A DNA stretch of 64,000 nucleotides from Dehalococcoidia bacterium (GCA_963663895.2 CAXXRD010000003.1:1-64000); one strand, 5' to 3'; shown: positions 28,131 to 37,246, counted from the first letter of the stretch. Made by a program: numbers and translations. Notes: generated by a model not told the origin, from the sequence alone.

Positions 28131-29294
28131 ATGCGCGTTGCTAAGCGGGTGGAGTCACTGCCGCCCTATCTATTCGTTGAGATCAGCAAGGCGATCGCGA
28201 AGAAGCGGGCGCAGGGGATCGACGTGATCACGTTCGGCATCGGCGACCCCGATCTGCCGACCCCGTCTCCGATCCTGAAGGCATTGCACCACGCTGCCGA
28301 CGATCCGCAGAATCATCGTTATCCAGAGACGGAAGGGCTCCCAGAGTTGCGCGCCGCGATCGCGGCTTGGTACAAGCGGCGCTTCGGTATCGACTTGGAT
28401 CCGGATACGGAGGTGCTGCCCTTAATCGGGGCGAAGGAGGGGATCGCGCACATCGCGCTGTGCTTCATTGATCCAGGCGGGGTGGCGCTGGTGCCCGACC
28501 CAGGCTATCCGGTCTATGCGATGGGGACGATGTTTGCGGGGGGCGAGTCGCACTTCTTGCCGCTGCGGGAAGAGAACAACTGGTTACCGGATCTTGACGC
28601 GATCCCCGCCGAGGTGCTGGAGCGCGCGACGATCCTCTGGATCAACTATCCCAATAATCCGACGGGTGCCGTAGCGTCGCTTGAGTTCTTTGAAAAGGTG
28701 GTGGCCTTCGCAAAGCGGCACAACTTGGTCGTTTGTCATGACAATGCCTACAGCGAAGTCGGCTACGACGGATACGAGCCTCCCTCGTTCTTGCAGGCGC
28801 ACGGGGCAAGGGAGGTGGGAATCGAGTTTCACTCGTTCAGTAAGTCGTACAACATGACCGGCTGGCGGATTGCGATGGCGGTGGGTAACCGCGACGTGAT
28901 CAATGCGCTGATGCGGGTGAAGTCCAACATCGACAGTGGGATCCCGCAGGCGATCCAGCGGATGGCGATCGAGGCGATCAGCGGTGATCAGAGCGTCACA
29001 GCGGAGAACGCCGCGATCCTGGAGCGGCGGCGGGACCGGGTCGTGGCGGCCTTGCTGAGGATCGGACTGAGGGTTCAGAAGCCGAAAGCGGGGATGTATG
29101 TGTGGGCGCGAGTGCCCCATGGAATGACCAGCATCGATTTCGCAAGGCGGCTGCTGGAGGACCAAGCAGTGGTGGTGACGCCCGGAAATGGCTACGGCGC
29201 GGCGGGGGATGGTTATGTGCGGCTGTCCCTGACAACTCCTGACGACAAGCTGGAGGAGGGATTGCAGCGCATCGCAAACTGGACCGCCGGCTGA
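28131..29294 (+). CDS. dapL: LL-diaminopimelate aminotransferase
   Basis: LPPYLF, GIGDPDLPTP, LIGAKEG, NYPNNPTG and SFSKSYNMTGWRI; close to dapF. Confidence 0.9.
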   Translation: MRVAKRVESLPPYLFVEISKAIAKKRAQGIDVITFGIGDPDLPTPSPILKALHHAADDPQNHRYPETEGLPELRAAIAAWYKRRFGIDLDPDTEVLPLIGAKEGIAHIALCFIDPGGVALVPDPGYPVYAMGTMFAGGESHFLPLREENNWLPDLDAIPAEVLERATILWINYPNNPTGAVASLEFFEKVVAFAKRHNLVVCHDNAYSEVGYDGYEPPSFLQAHGAREVGIEFHSFSKSYNMTGWRIAMAVGNRDVINALMRVKSNIDSGIPQAIQRMAIEAISGDQSVTAENAAILERRRDRVVAALLRIGLRVQKPKAGMYVWARVPHGMTSIDFARRLLEDQAVVVTPGNGYGAAGDGYVRLSLTTPDDKLEEGLQRIANWTAG

Positions 29295-29336
29295 CCCGAG
29301 CGCGCTAACGATACTGCGAGCCCCAAGGAGTACAGG

Positions 29337-30518
29337 ATCGATCGAGCCCCGCACGCAACGTACGCGACGACAACGCCCGAGCGCGCCCTGCTGGTAGGCG
29401 TTGACGTCACAGAGCGGAGCGATGACCTCCGCCACTGGAACGCGCAAGCCTCCTTAGATGAGCTGGAGATGTTGGCGGAAACCGCGGGTGCCGTGCCCGT
29501 GGCGCGGGTTTTGCAGCGGCTGAAACATCCCGACCGCAGGTCGTATATCGGCAAGGGGAAGCTCGCGGAGTTGGTGGACGCGCGGGAGTCGCTGGGCTAC
29601 ACCGTCGCGATCTTCGACGACGAGTTGACGCCCGCACAGCAGCGCGTACTGGAGCGGGCGCTCGGTCTGAAGGTGATCGATCGAACGGCTCTGATCCTCG
29701 ACATCTTCGCGCAGCGGGCGCGGACACGGGAGGGAGCACTGCAGGTGGCGCTGGCCCAGCACGAGTACTTGCTGCCGCGGTTGGCCGGTCAGTGGGGGCA
29801 CTTGGAACGCATGGAAGGGGCGATCGGGGCGCGAGGTCCGGGCGAGACGCAGCTCGAGACGGACCGGCGCTTGGTGCGCACCCAGATTAAGCGGCTCAAG
29901 GGCGAGATCGAGCAAGTGAAGCGGCATCGGCAGCGTTACCGGAGGAGACGCCGTCGGAACGGCGTGCCGGTGGTGGCGTTGGTGGGCTATACCAACGCGG
30001 GTAAGAGCACCTTGATGAACGCGCTCACCGGGGCTGGGGTGCGAGCACACGATCGGCTCTTCGAGACCCTGGATCCGGTGACGCGGCGCACCGCCTTGCA
30101 AGATGGGCGCGCGCTGTTGCTAACGGACACGGTGGGATTCATTGAGAAATTGCCCACCCAGTTGGTGGCCGCTTTCCGTGCCACGCTCGAAGAGTTGAAC
30201 GAGGCGGATTTACTTCTGCATGTGGTCGATATCGCGCACCCGGACGCGGCCGAGCAGAGCCAGACGGTGGAGAACACCTTGGCGGATCTGGGATTGTCGG
30301 AACGGCCCATTCTGACTCTGCTGAATAAGGCCGATCGGATCGATGGAGAGTCGAATGGGGCGGGGCCGTCGAAGCGGGTGCGCCTGTTCGCCGAGCAAGT
30401 ACAGGAAGATCGGCCGCAAACGCTGCTGATCTCGGCAGCGAAGCGTTGGGGCATCGACGAACTGCGGTCGCGAATCGGAGCGATGTTGGAGGGGACAAGC
30501 CTCCGGTGCGAGGGGTGA
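29337..30518 (+). CDS. hflX: GTPase HflX (probable non-canonical ATC start)
   Basis: ERALLVGV...SLDELEMLAETAG N-terminus, GPGETQLETDRR, GYTNAGKST, DTVGF and NKAD. The conserved region extends upstream of the first ATG (29469). Confidence 0.93.
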   Translation: MDRAPHATYATTTPERALLVGVDVTERSDDLRHWNAQASLDELEMLAETAGAVPVARVLQRLKHPDRRSYIGKGKLAELVDARESLGYTVAIFDDELTPAQQRVLERALGLKVIDRTALILDIFAQRARTREGALQVALAQHEYLLPRLAGQWGHLERMEGAIGARGPGETQLETDRRLVRTQIKRLKGEIEQVKRHRQRYRRRRRRNGVPVVALVGYTNAGKSTLMNALTGAGVRAHDRLFETLDPVTRRTALQDGRALLLTDTVGFIEKLPTQLVAAFRATLEELNEADLLLHVVDIAHPDAAEQSQTVENTLADLGLSERPILTLLNKADRIDGESNGAGPSKRVRLFAEQVQEDRPQTLLISAAKRWGIDELRSRIGAMLEGTSLRCEG

Positions 30519-30557
30519 GGGCGCCTCGGCTGTGAGCGGGACAGGGGATCTTGATCG

Positions 30558-31061
30558 TTAGTCTGCGCTGAGTCGCAGAGTGACGCGCGCGACGCGCGCA
30601 CCGAGTGCGCGCGTCTGTTGGCGGTCGAGCTCGGTGATCTGGCCATGGCCGGTGGCACCGTAGTAGGAGCCCGACTCGCGCATCGCCTCGCTCCAAGGCA
30701 GACCGACGATCACGAGTCCATGCGCCATCAGCAGGTGGATTAACTGGAGGAGAGTCGCCTCGCTACCTCCGGAGCGCGACCAGCCCGCGGTGAAGCAGGC
30801 GCCGACCTTGCCCGCCAGATCACCGCTCTCCCAGAGATCGCCGCTGTGGTCCAGCCAGTCCTTGAGCTTGCCGGTGATGCCGCTCCAATTGGGCGAGCCC
30901 AGAATCAGCGCGTCGCAGGCGAGGAGATCGGATGGCTGGGCTTGGTCGAGGGGGCGGTCGATCGGCTCGGCGCCGTCGACGGCCCGCACCCCCTGCAGGA
31001 CCGCCCGTGCGAGCTCTTGAGTGAGACCACGGCCATCGTAGAGTACGAGAACGCGGGCCAT
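30558..31061 (-). CDS. WrbA-like flavodoxin / NAD(P)H:quinone oxidoreductase
   Basis: DALILGSPNW, LAGKVGACFT...SGGSEATL and YYGA. Confidence 0.82.
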   Translation of the reverse strand: MARVLVLYDGRGLTQELARAVLQGVRAVDGAEPIDRPLDQAQPSDLLACDALILGSPNWSGITGKLKDWLDHSGDLWESGDLAGKVGACFTAGWSRSGGSEATLLQLIHLLMAHGLVIVGLPWSEAMRESGSYYGATGHGQITELDRQQTRALGARVARVTLRLSAD

Positions 31062-31070
31062 CGCTAGCGA

Positions 31071-31580
31071 TTAACCCATCGAGAGATCGAGGCTGTACCA
31101 GGCTGCTTGCCCGGGCATCTCCTCGACGCCAATGCTGAGTGAGACCAGACCGGAGGGCCCCTCCGCTGCGAGTTTGTCCCGCAGCTCGGTGGCGATGTAC
31201 TCGGCCAAGCGCTCGGCGGTGCTGTTATCGATGGGAAGCGCGGCAACGTCTCGCTTAGGCAGGCGGTAAGCCGGATCGCTCTGGTGCTGGATGAGGTAGT
31301 GGTCGCCATCGTCGCGAATGCTCAGACGGGAGCACTGCATCTGCAGGAGAAACTTATGATCGAGGTCCTGACAGATCTCACGGGTAAATCGCTTGAGCAG
31401 GGCGAAGTCGATGACCCAGGACTCGCGCTCGCTGAGGGCGCCAGCCACGTCAACGAGGACATCGTAGTTATGGCCGTGGATCGGCTCGAGCTCGTCGCTA
31501 AGGACGGCGAAATGTCCGGCGGCGAACCGGAGACGTTGCCGCTCCACAGTGACGCGATGCGGAAAGCTGGGCGCGGACAC
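31071..31580 (-). CDS. 6-pyruvoyl-tetrahydropterin synthase family protein (COG0720, ExxHGH type)
   Basis: FAAGH, EPIHGHNY, IDFALLK, LDHKFL, STAERLA and VEEMPG. Confidence 0.87.
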   Translation of the reverse strand: MSAPSFPHRVTVERQRLRFAAGHFAVLSDELEPIHGHNYDVLVDVAGALSERESWVIDFALLKRFTREICQDLDHKFLLQMQCSRLSIRDDGDHYLIQHQSDPAYRLPKRDVAALPIDNSTAERLAEYIATELRDKLAAEGPSGLVSLSIGVEEMPGQAAWYSLDLSMG

Positions 31581-31634
31581 AGAAACACCTCGCTCGTGAC
31601 GAGAGCTGGAGGGCAGGCTAGAGGGATGTGGAGG

Positions 31635-31678
31635 TTGACAGGATAGATATGATAGCGATATATCTGAATCAGATGTAT
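31635..31678 (+). promoter_or_regulatory. Promoter with a palindromic operator upstream of the PadR gene
   Basis: TTGACA at 31635; inverted repeat ATATATCTGA-A-TCAGATGTAT (31658-31678) over the -10/+1 region. Confidence 0.7.
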
Positions 31679-31695
31679 TAGGAAATGCAGAGGCG

Positions 31696-32121
31696 ATGGT
31701 AGCCGATCTAACGGCCAGTGAACATTGGGAGACAGCGATCAATCGGGCCGCCTCGCGAATGTTCGTGTTAGCGGCGATGGCGGGCGGGCCAGGGCATGGC
31801 TACGAGCTGGCACAACGTGTGCGGTCGATCTGCGACGGTGCCTGTGATCCGTCAGCGGGGGTGATATACCCGGCCATCCGCGATTTGGAATCAGAAGGCT
31901 TGATCGCCTGTGAGCGGAAAGCCGTGAGCGGCCGGGAGCGTAATGTGTGTACGCTTACGGACAAGGGCGAGACAGCCCTGCGTATTGCAGCCCAAGCCTG
32001 GGCTCGCCGTCTGCCGGCGATCCAGCGAGTGGTGCAGTCCGTGGGTGCGGAAGTGGTCGGCGGGTCGTGTTGCGGCCCACGTCTGCGGCCGTCCGTTACG
32101 ACTGCGAACGAGAGACTGTGA
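31696..32121 (+). CDS. PadR-family transcriptional regulator, Cys-rich
   Basis: HGYELAQ, G.IYPAIRDLESEGLI and TLTDKG; six cysteines. Confidence 0.88.
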   Translation: MVADLTASEHWETAINRAASRMFVLAAMAGGPGHGYELAQRVRSICDGACDPSAGVIYPAIRDLESEGLIACERKAVSGRERNVCTLTDKGETALRIAAQAWARRLPAIQRVVQSVGAEVVGGSCCGPRLRPSVTTANERL

Positions 32122-32131
32122 ATAAGGAGGT

Positions 32132-32353
32132 TTGATTGTGATTGGACCAAAGATTTTCGCGCCGGGACGGCTCACACGGCAGATCAGGCAGCGCTACGGG
32201 AAGGATGAGGGCGAGGAGGCGAGCGCGGAAGACATGACGGCGGCGGCGATGCGGATGCGAGCGCGCTACGGCCTTTCGAAGGATGGCAAGGCAGCGGACG
32301 CTGCGACGGCCGAGGAAACTGCCGGGAAGGATGACTCGGACGCTGAAGAGTAG
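32132..32353 (+). CDS. Small hypothetical protein
   Basis: Strong RBS AAGGAGG upstream; fills the gap between padR and arsM. The exact start (TTG or GTG) is uncertain. Confidence 0.6.
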   Translation: MIVIGPKIFAPGRLTRQIRQRYGKDEGEEASAEDMTAAAMRMRARYGLSKDGKAADAATAEETAGKDDSDAEE

Positions 32354-32361
32354 GACACGCC

Positions 32362-33321
32362 GTGGTGCGTAAACAGCAGCAACCGCGAGAGCACGTAGCC
32401 GCGGCGCCTGCGACACAAGACAGCGGGACGATCAAGGTGGCCGTACGGCAGCGGTACGGCGGGTACGCCAAGCAGCATCTGGTCCACGCCGATACGGAGA
32501 TCGCGTTCATTGAGGTGTTGGCGGCTGGGCCGGACGGGGCTGCTTGTTGCTCGGCGCCTGCTTCGGGGAACGAAATGTCGTCCTGTGGGATGGAGGAGGG
32601 GGTGACGCAGAAGGCGATCAGGGCCCCGTATGCCGCGATCGAGACGGCTTGGCTGCCGACAAGTGTGGCGGAGGCGTCCCTGGGGTGCGGCAATCCGGCG
32701 GCGATCGCCGAGCTGCAGCCAGGCGAAACGGTGCTGGATCTAGGCTCTGGCGGCGGCATTGATTGCTTCTTGGCGGCGAAGCACGTGGGTTCGACGGGTC
32801 ACGTGATCGGCGTCGATATGACGGACGAGATGCTGGAGCTCGCGCGCGCGAATGCGCGGAAGGTCGGTGCGAGGAACGTCGAGTTCCGCAAGGGCGAGAT
32901 CGAGGCACTGCCGCTTGAGGATGCGTCGGTGGATGTGATCCTCTCGAACTGCGTAATCAATCTGTCGACGAACAAGGCACGGACCCTGCGCGAGGCTTAC
33001 CGGGTGCTGAAGCCGGGCGGCCGCTTCCGGGTGAGCGACATCGTGCTGACGCGGCAGCTGCCCTTCAACGAAGAGCAGTACTTGGCATCGTGGTCCGAGT
33101 GCATAGCGGGGGCGCTGACACAGGACGAGTTCGCAGCGAAGCTGGAGGCCGCTGGCTTCGAGCACATACAGCTGACGTTGGAGGGCGAACACCAAGAGGG
33201 TGTGCACTCTGCCTTGATCGAAGCATCCAAGCCCTACCGAGCATCGCCTTCGGCAGCAACGGAGTCTGGCAGTGAAGAGGACACCCGAAGGTCTGCTAGG
33301 CTTTCGACGGATCTCACATAG
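32362..33321 (+). CDS. arsM: Arsenite S-adenosylmethyltransferase
   Basis: [40 protein letters not shown] and CIAGAL, covering the ArsM cysteine motifs. Confidence 0.85.
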   Translation: MVRKQQQPREHVAAAPATQDSGTIKVAVRQRYGGYAKQHLVHADTEIAFIEVLAAGPDGAACCSAPASGNEMSSCGMEEGVTQKAIRAPYAAIETAWLPTSVAEASLGCGNPAAIAELQPGETVLDLGSGGGIDCFLAAKHVGSTGHVIGVDMTDEMLELARANARKVGARNVEFRKGEIEALPLEDASVDVILSNCVINLSTNKARTLREAYRVLKPGGRFRVSDIVLTRQLPFNEEQYLASWSECIAGALTQDEFAAKLEAAGFEHIQLTLEGEHQEGVHSALIEASKPYRASPSAATESGSEEDTRRSARLSTDLT

Positions 33322-33352
33322 GTGGTTTCACAAGAGCGAAGGGCGGGAACTT

Positions 33353-34057
33353 GTGGCGAAGTCGAGTAGAGTGCAGGACCTCTTGGGATTGAGCAAGCCG
33401 GCGATCGCGATCGGGTATTTCGCGGAGCCGCCGGCTGGAGTGGCGAAGTATGAAGCGGGGGAGGTCCCGGCGGGGTGCTCATTCTGGCAGCGCGCGCAGG
33501 AAGGGGCATCGTTCTACACGGAGCAGTCGGATCACTATAACTGCGCAGTAGGGGCGTACACCCACAGTATCCCGCTGCCGCCCGAGCGGGCCGAGGAATT
33601 GGGAGAGACGATCGGCTTCATGGTGGAGCAGCGGTACCTGCGCGAGGCAGAAGTACCGATGATTCCCGTGCTGGCGGAGTCGCCTCGCTACGTGGCCTAC
33701 GGTCCGGTCGACGACGCGGAATTCAAGCCGGACGTGGTGGCAGTGGCGGCGGAACCCGCACGGGCGATGCTGCTATACGAAGCGGCGCTGCGCGCCGGCG
33801 CGGGCGGTATCGCGCCGAACATCGTAGGACGGCCGGGGTGCGCGGTGGAGGCCCTGACAATGGGAAGCGGCGAGACGGCGATGTCGCTTGGGTGCAAAGG
33901 AAACCGGACCTTCACAGGACTGCCGGATAACGAGATGTACGTGAGCTTTCCGGGATCGAAATGGGAAGCCGTGGTGGAAGCGCTGACTGAGATCGTCCAG
34001 TCGAATGAGTCGATGGGTTCCTACTATAACGGGCAGAAGAAGAAATTCTCGTACTAG
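33353..34057 (+). CDS. DUF169 family protein
   Basis: LGL..PAIAI, GCSFW, HYNCAVG, PDVV, RPGCA and SLGC.GNR..TGL..NEM. Confidence 0.78.
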   Translation: MAKSSRVQDLLGLSKPAIAIGYFAEPPAGVAKYEAGEVPAGCSFWQRAQEGASFYTEQSDHYNCAVGAYTHSIPLPPERAEELGETIGFMVEQRYLREAEVPMIPVLAESPRYVAYGPVDDAEFKPDVVAVAAEPARAMLLYEAALRAGAGGIAPNIVGRPGCAVEALTMGSGETAMSLGCKGNRTFTGLPDNEMYVSFPGSKWEAVVEALTEIVQSNESMGSYYNGQKKKFSY

Positions 34058-34247
34058 CGGCTGCCGCTCCGGATTAGAAAAGACCTGGCGGGCGAGCTTG
34101 ATGACGGTCTGCGCCCCGCGGGCGCAGCAGCGAAACCGCGATCGTACTGGTGTGTCGGCGCCTGTAAGTGCAGTGGCTACTGGCTTGGCTGCCCCGCGCG
34201 AGGTTGGATCTCCGCTCGCAGCGAGCGCCGCACCCGCTAGTCGCTCC

Positions 34248-34739
34248 TCACGTGGTTAAGCGCCGCAACTGCTTCACATGCCCTTCCACGTGCCGCACCG
34301 ACAGTCCCTCCACGAGCGCTCCCAGGGTAGGTCGTGCCGTCAGCGGTGTTTCCTCGAGCGAGGGAACAAAGATCTCTCGCTCGAGATCCTTCTCCGCCAA
34401 CTCCCCTAGGAACTCCCGCATAGACGCGTACTCTGCCTCCACCAGCCCCAGCAACTCCGTCTTCGACAGCTCTGCCCGAGATTGCCAGTCGAACACTGCC
34501 TCTCGTACGAAGTCGATGGGTTTCTCTCCGCCCTCGCGGGCCGAGCGCAGTACCGCCACGTAGCCTCCCTCCGCCGCGCCCGCCAAGTGCGCCAGCACTT
34601 CCCTTGCGCCCCATTCCCCTGCGCCCGCCGGCGTGCGCCGAAATCCCTCCTCACTCATCTCTTCTACAACGGACCGTACCTCTTCCACCGCTGCTTCACA
34701 GCGGCGTTGCCACTCCCTGATCGCTTCGACCGCTTGCAC
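34248..34739 (-). CDS. DinB/YfiT-like four-helix protein
   Basis: EWGAREVLAHL and C-terminal H...H..QL; AAAGGA RBS. Confidence 0.75.
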   Translation of the reverse strand: MQAVEAIREWQRRCEAAVEEVRSVVEEMSEEGFRRTPAGAGEWGAREVLAHLAGAAEGGYVAVLRSAREGGEKPIDFVREAVFDWQSRAELSKTELLGLVEAEYASMREFLGELAEKDLEREIFVPSLEETPLTARPTLGALVEGLSVRHVEGHVKQLRRLTT

Positions 34740-35020
34740 TCTTGCCGTCCTTTCCTGCTCACCCCTACTTACGTTACCGGCCAGCTCCTTCTTCAGTATT
34801 CCAGTATTCGAGTTCCATGCTTACCCGCGCGTTACCGGAAACTGGCACACTGCCTCTGCGTCTGCGGTGCCGACAGGATCCCGTTCCGAACCGGCCGCGC
34901 GACGCCCTCCACAGCCACCTCGACAGGGCACATCCAGCATCGCTGGAGATCCACCGCTCCACACCGTGCTGCGCCCCCCTATAGCAGGCTCCACCTGCTA
35001 GCCTGGCGAGCGGACTCACG

Positions 35021-35170
35021 ATGCCGCACAATCTCGACTCCAGCCCCCGCGCTGTTCCTCGGCCGGCCAGCCGGCGTATTGCTGTGCCTGCCCTGCTCAC
35101 CTGCTGGGTCATCCTCGTCATCGCCTTCCCTGCCACCGTCGCTTATGGTCTCTATCTGTGGGCGACCTGA
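35021..35170 (+). CDS. Small single-TM membrane protein (49 aa), not in the ORF track
   Basis: MPHNLDSSPRAVPRPASRRIAVPALLTCWVILVIAFPATVAYGLYLWAT*: basic N-region followed by a hydrophobic helix. Confidence 0.5.
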   Translation: MPHNLDSSPRAVPRPASRRIAVPALLTCWVILVIAFPATVAYGLYLWAT

Positions 35171-35280
35171 TCGGCTAAACACATCGCTCGCATGAACAAT
35201 TCACACGAGAAAAGAGCGAGATCTCGCCAGCGGACGTTCAGAAATCACACACAGAAGTTCCATTTTTCAACGGGTGTGCT

Positions 35281-35310
35281 TTGACAAGCATATCCCCCTC
35301 TAGATAGCAT
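35281..35310 (+). promoter_or_regulatory. Putative sigma70 promoter
   Basis: TTGACA, 18 nt, TAGCAT in an AT-rich stretch upstream of 35360. Confidence 0.55.
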
Positions 35311-35359
35311 TTTGAATGAACGCTGTGATGAAGTAGAAAACTACGAAAAGGATCCCTGA

Positions 35360-35902
35360 ATGGTACGAACGCTTCCACCAATTGACGATGATGTTTTCGA
35401 AGCGCTACAAGCAAAAGCCGAACCGCTTGTAGACGATATCAACGCAGTCCTGCGGCGCTTGCTTGGGATATCGGAGAGCAGTGCTTCCACGCCCAGCGGA
35501 GGTACAGGGCGAGGAGCAGCGAAGGCGCGCGCGGAAAAGAAATCCCGAACCAGCGGCAAGCGAGGTCGCCGAAGAAAGAGCGGGACACGTGCGCCGAGAG
35601 GCGCGACCCTCCCCAATTCGGAGTATGAACTTCCTATGTTGATGGCCCTCACTGATCTGGGGGGATCGGCAACTGCTCGCGACGTGGTGAATCGGATGGA
35701 GCAGCTTTTGGAAGGAAAACTCCAGCCGATCGATAGAGAGAAGATCACAACCGGGGCCATCCGCTGGAAGAACCGAACTCAGTTCGTGCGATCGAAGCTC
35801 ATCGCCGAGAACGCTATGAAGAAGGATTCCGCCCGCGGCATGTGGGAGATCACCGACGAAGGACGCGCGCGCTTGGGCCGTGAAGGCGCTCCAACAGCCT
35901 GA
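35360..35902 (+). CDS. Mrr N-terminal winged-helix domain protein with a SeqA-N-like N-terminus and no nuclease domain
   Basis: IDDDVFEALQ..AEPL.D..NAVLRRLLG; K/R-rich linker; PMLMALTDLGGSA...RWKNRTQFVRSKL...RGMWEITDEGR. Confidence 0.75.
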   Translation: MVRTLPPIDDDVFEALQAKAEPLVDDINAVLRRLLGISESSASTPSGGTGRGAAKARAEKKSRTSGKRGRRRKSGTRAPRGATLPNSEYELPMLMALTDLGGSATARDVVNRMEQLLEGKLQPIDREKITTGAIRWKNRTQFVRSKLIAENAMKKDSARGMWEITDEGRARLGREGAPTA

Positions 35903-36202
35903 GACGCTCACATAGGGAGGATTTGCCGGACGGCGCATGTGGGGGAGCGCGCCGCGCGATAGTAGGTGTCGTGGGGTCTATCCTCGTCGGACGATTTGCG
36001 CGTGTCACCAGCGGATTTTGAACACTCCGGCCCCTCGTAAGGGAAGATCTCCGTGGACCGCTTCGCCCACTTTTTCCTGGCGAGAGCGAGGTTTGCTAGT
36101 ACGGTCGTGTCTGTGTTCGCTGCGAACGCACAGAGAGAGGCTTCTGTTACCCGAAGGGTTCCGTAATAACGTGAGAGAGGATCTCGGGACGCTGCTGAAG
36201 CC

Positions 36203-37246
36203 CTAACCTCCTAGATCTCTCAGCGCCGGCGCAACCTCCTCCGCGAAGAGCTGGTGCGAGCGTGCGTGCACCTCCGGATCGATTCCCGGCCAGACCGCCG
36301 TGTAGAGGAACGCCTCGAACGGATACTGCGCGTAGAGCGCCTTGATGTGCTGAATGATCTCGTCCGGCGTCGCGACCAGGTAATGTCCTAGCCGCTCGAC
36401 ATCCTCGATCGTGTGTGGGTAAGAACCCCCGAAGGTCGCTGGAGTAGTTCCCTGCTGCCAGTTCTGGTCTTGGGCATACCAAGTTGCGTAGCCCTGAGCG
36501 TGATAGAGCGCGGAAGGAGCGAGGAGCTGCCAGTCGCGCTCGGGATTCTCGGACGTGAACAGGAGCGACATGTTGAGAATGTGGGGGTTGCGCCAGTCCT
36601 TGCCGTATTCCTTGAGGTGCTGGACGAACTTCGCTGGTGCATCCGGGGGTGCCGCGATGGTGTGGAGTAAGCCGTCGCCGAGCCGGGCGGCGCGGCGCAA
36701 AGCCTCGCCTTGCGTGGCGCCAAACCAAACAGGGATGCGCGGCTTTTGCACAGGCTTGGGAGTGCAGCGTACGTTGTGAAAGGTGAAGTGCTCGCCCTCG
36801 AAGGAAAACTCCTCCTCTTCCCAGCACTTGATCATGATTTGGACGGCCTCGTCCGTGATGGAGCCGCGGTACCTGCGGTCGATGTTGAAGCTCATGAACT
36901 CGGGATAGCGGTAGCCGACCCCGGGGCCGAAGAGGAAACGCCCGTTGCTGATGTTGTCGACGACGGCGCAGTCTTCGGCGAGACGCACGGGATTATGGAA
37001 CGGCTGCAGCAGGACGAAGGTGCCGATACGGACGCTGGAGGTGCGCGCGGCGATCGCGGCGGCCATGGGCAGTAGAGCCGGCAAGTAGCCATCGTCGATG
37101 AAATGATGCTCGGTGACCCAGATGTCGTCGAAGCCCCAGTCGGATTCGGCGGCGGCGATCTGGTCGAGGGTTTGGGCGTAGAGTGCCGGTGTCGACCGCG
37201 GAGAGCCGACGGGGTTGCGGAAGTCGTAGAGCAGTCCAAAGCGCAT
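36203..37246 (-). CDS. LLM-class (luciferase-like) flavin-dependent oxidoreductase
   Basis: GFDDIWVTEHHF, PVRLAED..VVD..SNGR, G.GYR..EF and PKPVQKP. Confidence 0.92.
   Translation of the reverse strand: MRFGLLYDFRNPVGSPRSTPALYAQTLDQIAAAESDWGFDDIWVTEHHFIDDGYLPALLPMAAAIAARTSSVRIGTFVLLQPFHNPVRLAEDCAVVDNISNGRFLFGPGVGYRYPEFMSFNIDRRYRGSITDEAVQIMIKCWEEEEFSFEGEHFTFHNVRCTPKPVQKPRIPVWFGATQGEALRRAARLGDGLLHTIAAPPDAPAKFVQHLKEYGKDWRNPHILNMSLLFTSENPERDWQLLAPSALYHAQGYATWYAQDQNWQQGTTPATFGGSYPHTIEDVERLGHYLVATPDEIIQHIKALYAQYPFEAFLYTAVWPGIDPEVHARSHQLFAEEVAPALRDLGG

Noticed and set aside
35937-36206. 89-aa ORF downstream of the Mrr-N gene as a lost nuclease domain
   Set aside because: No Mrr catalytic motifs and an atypical composition.
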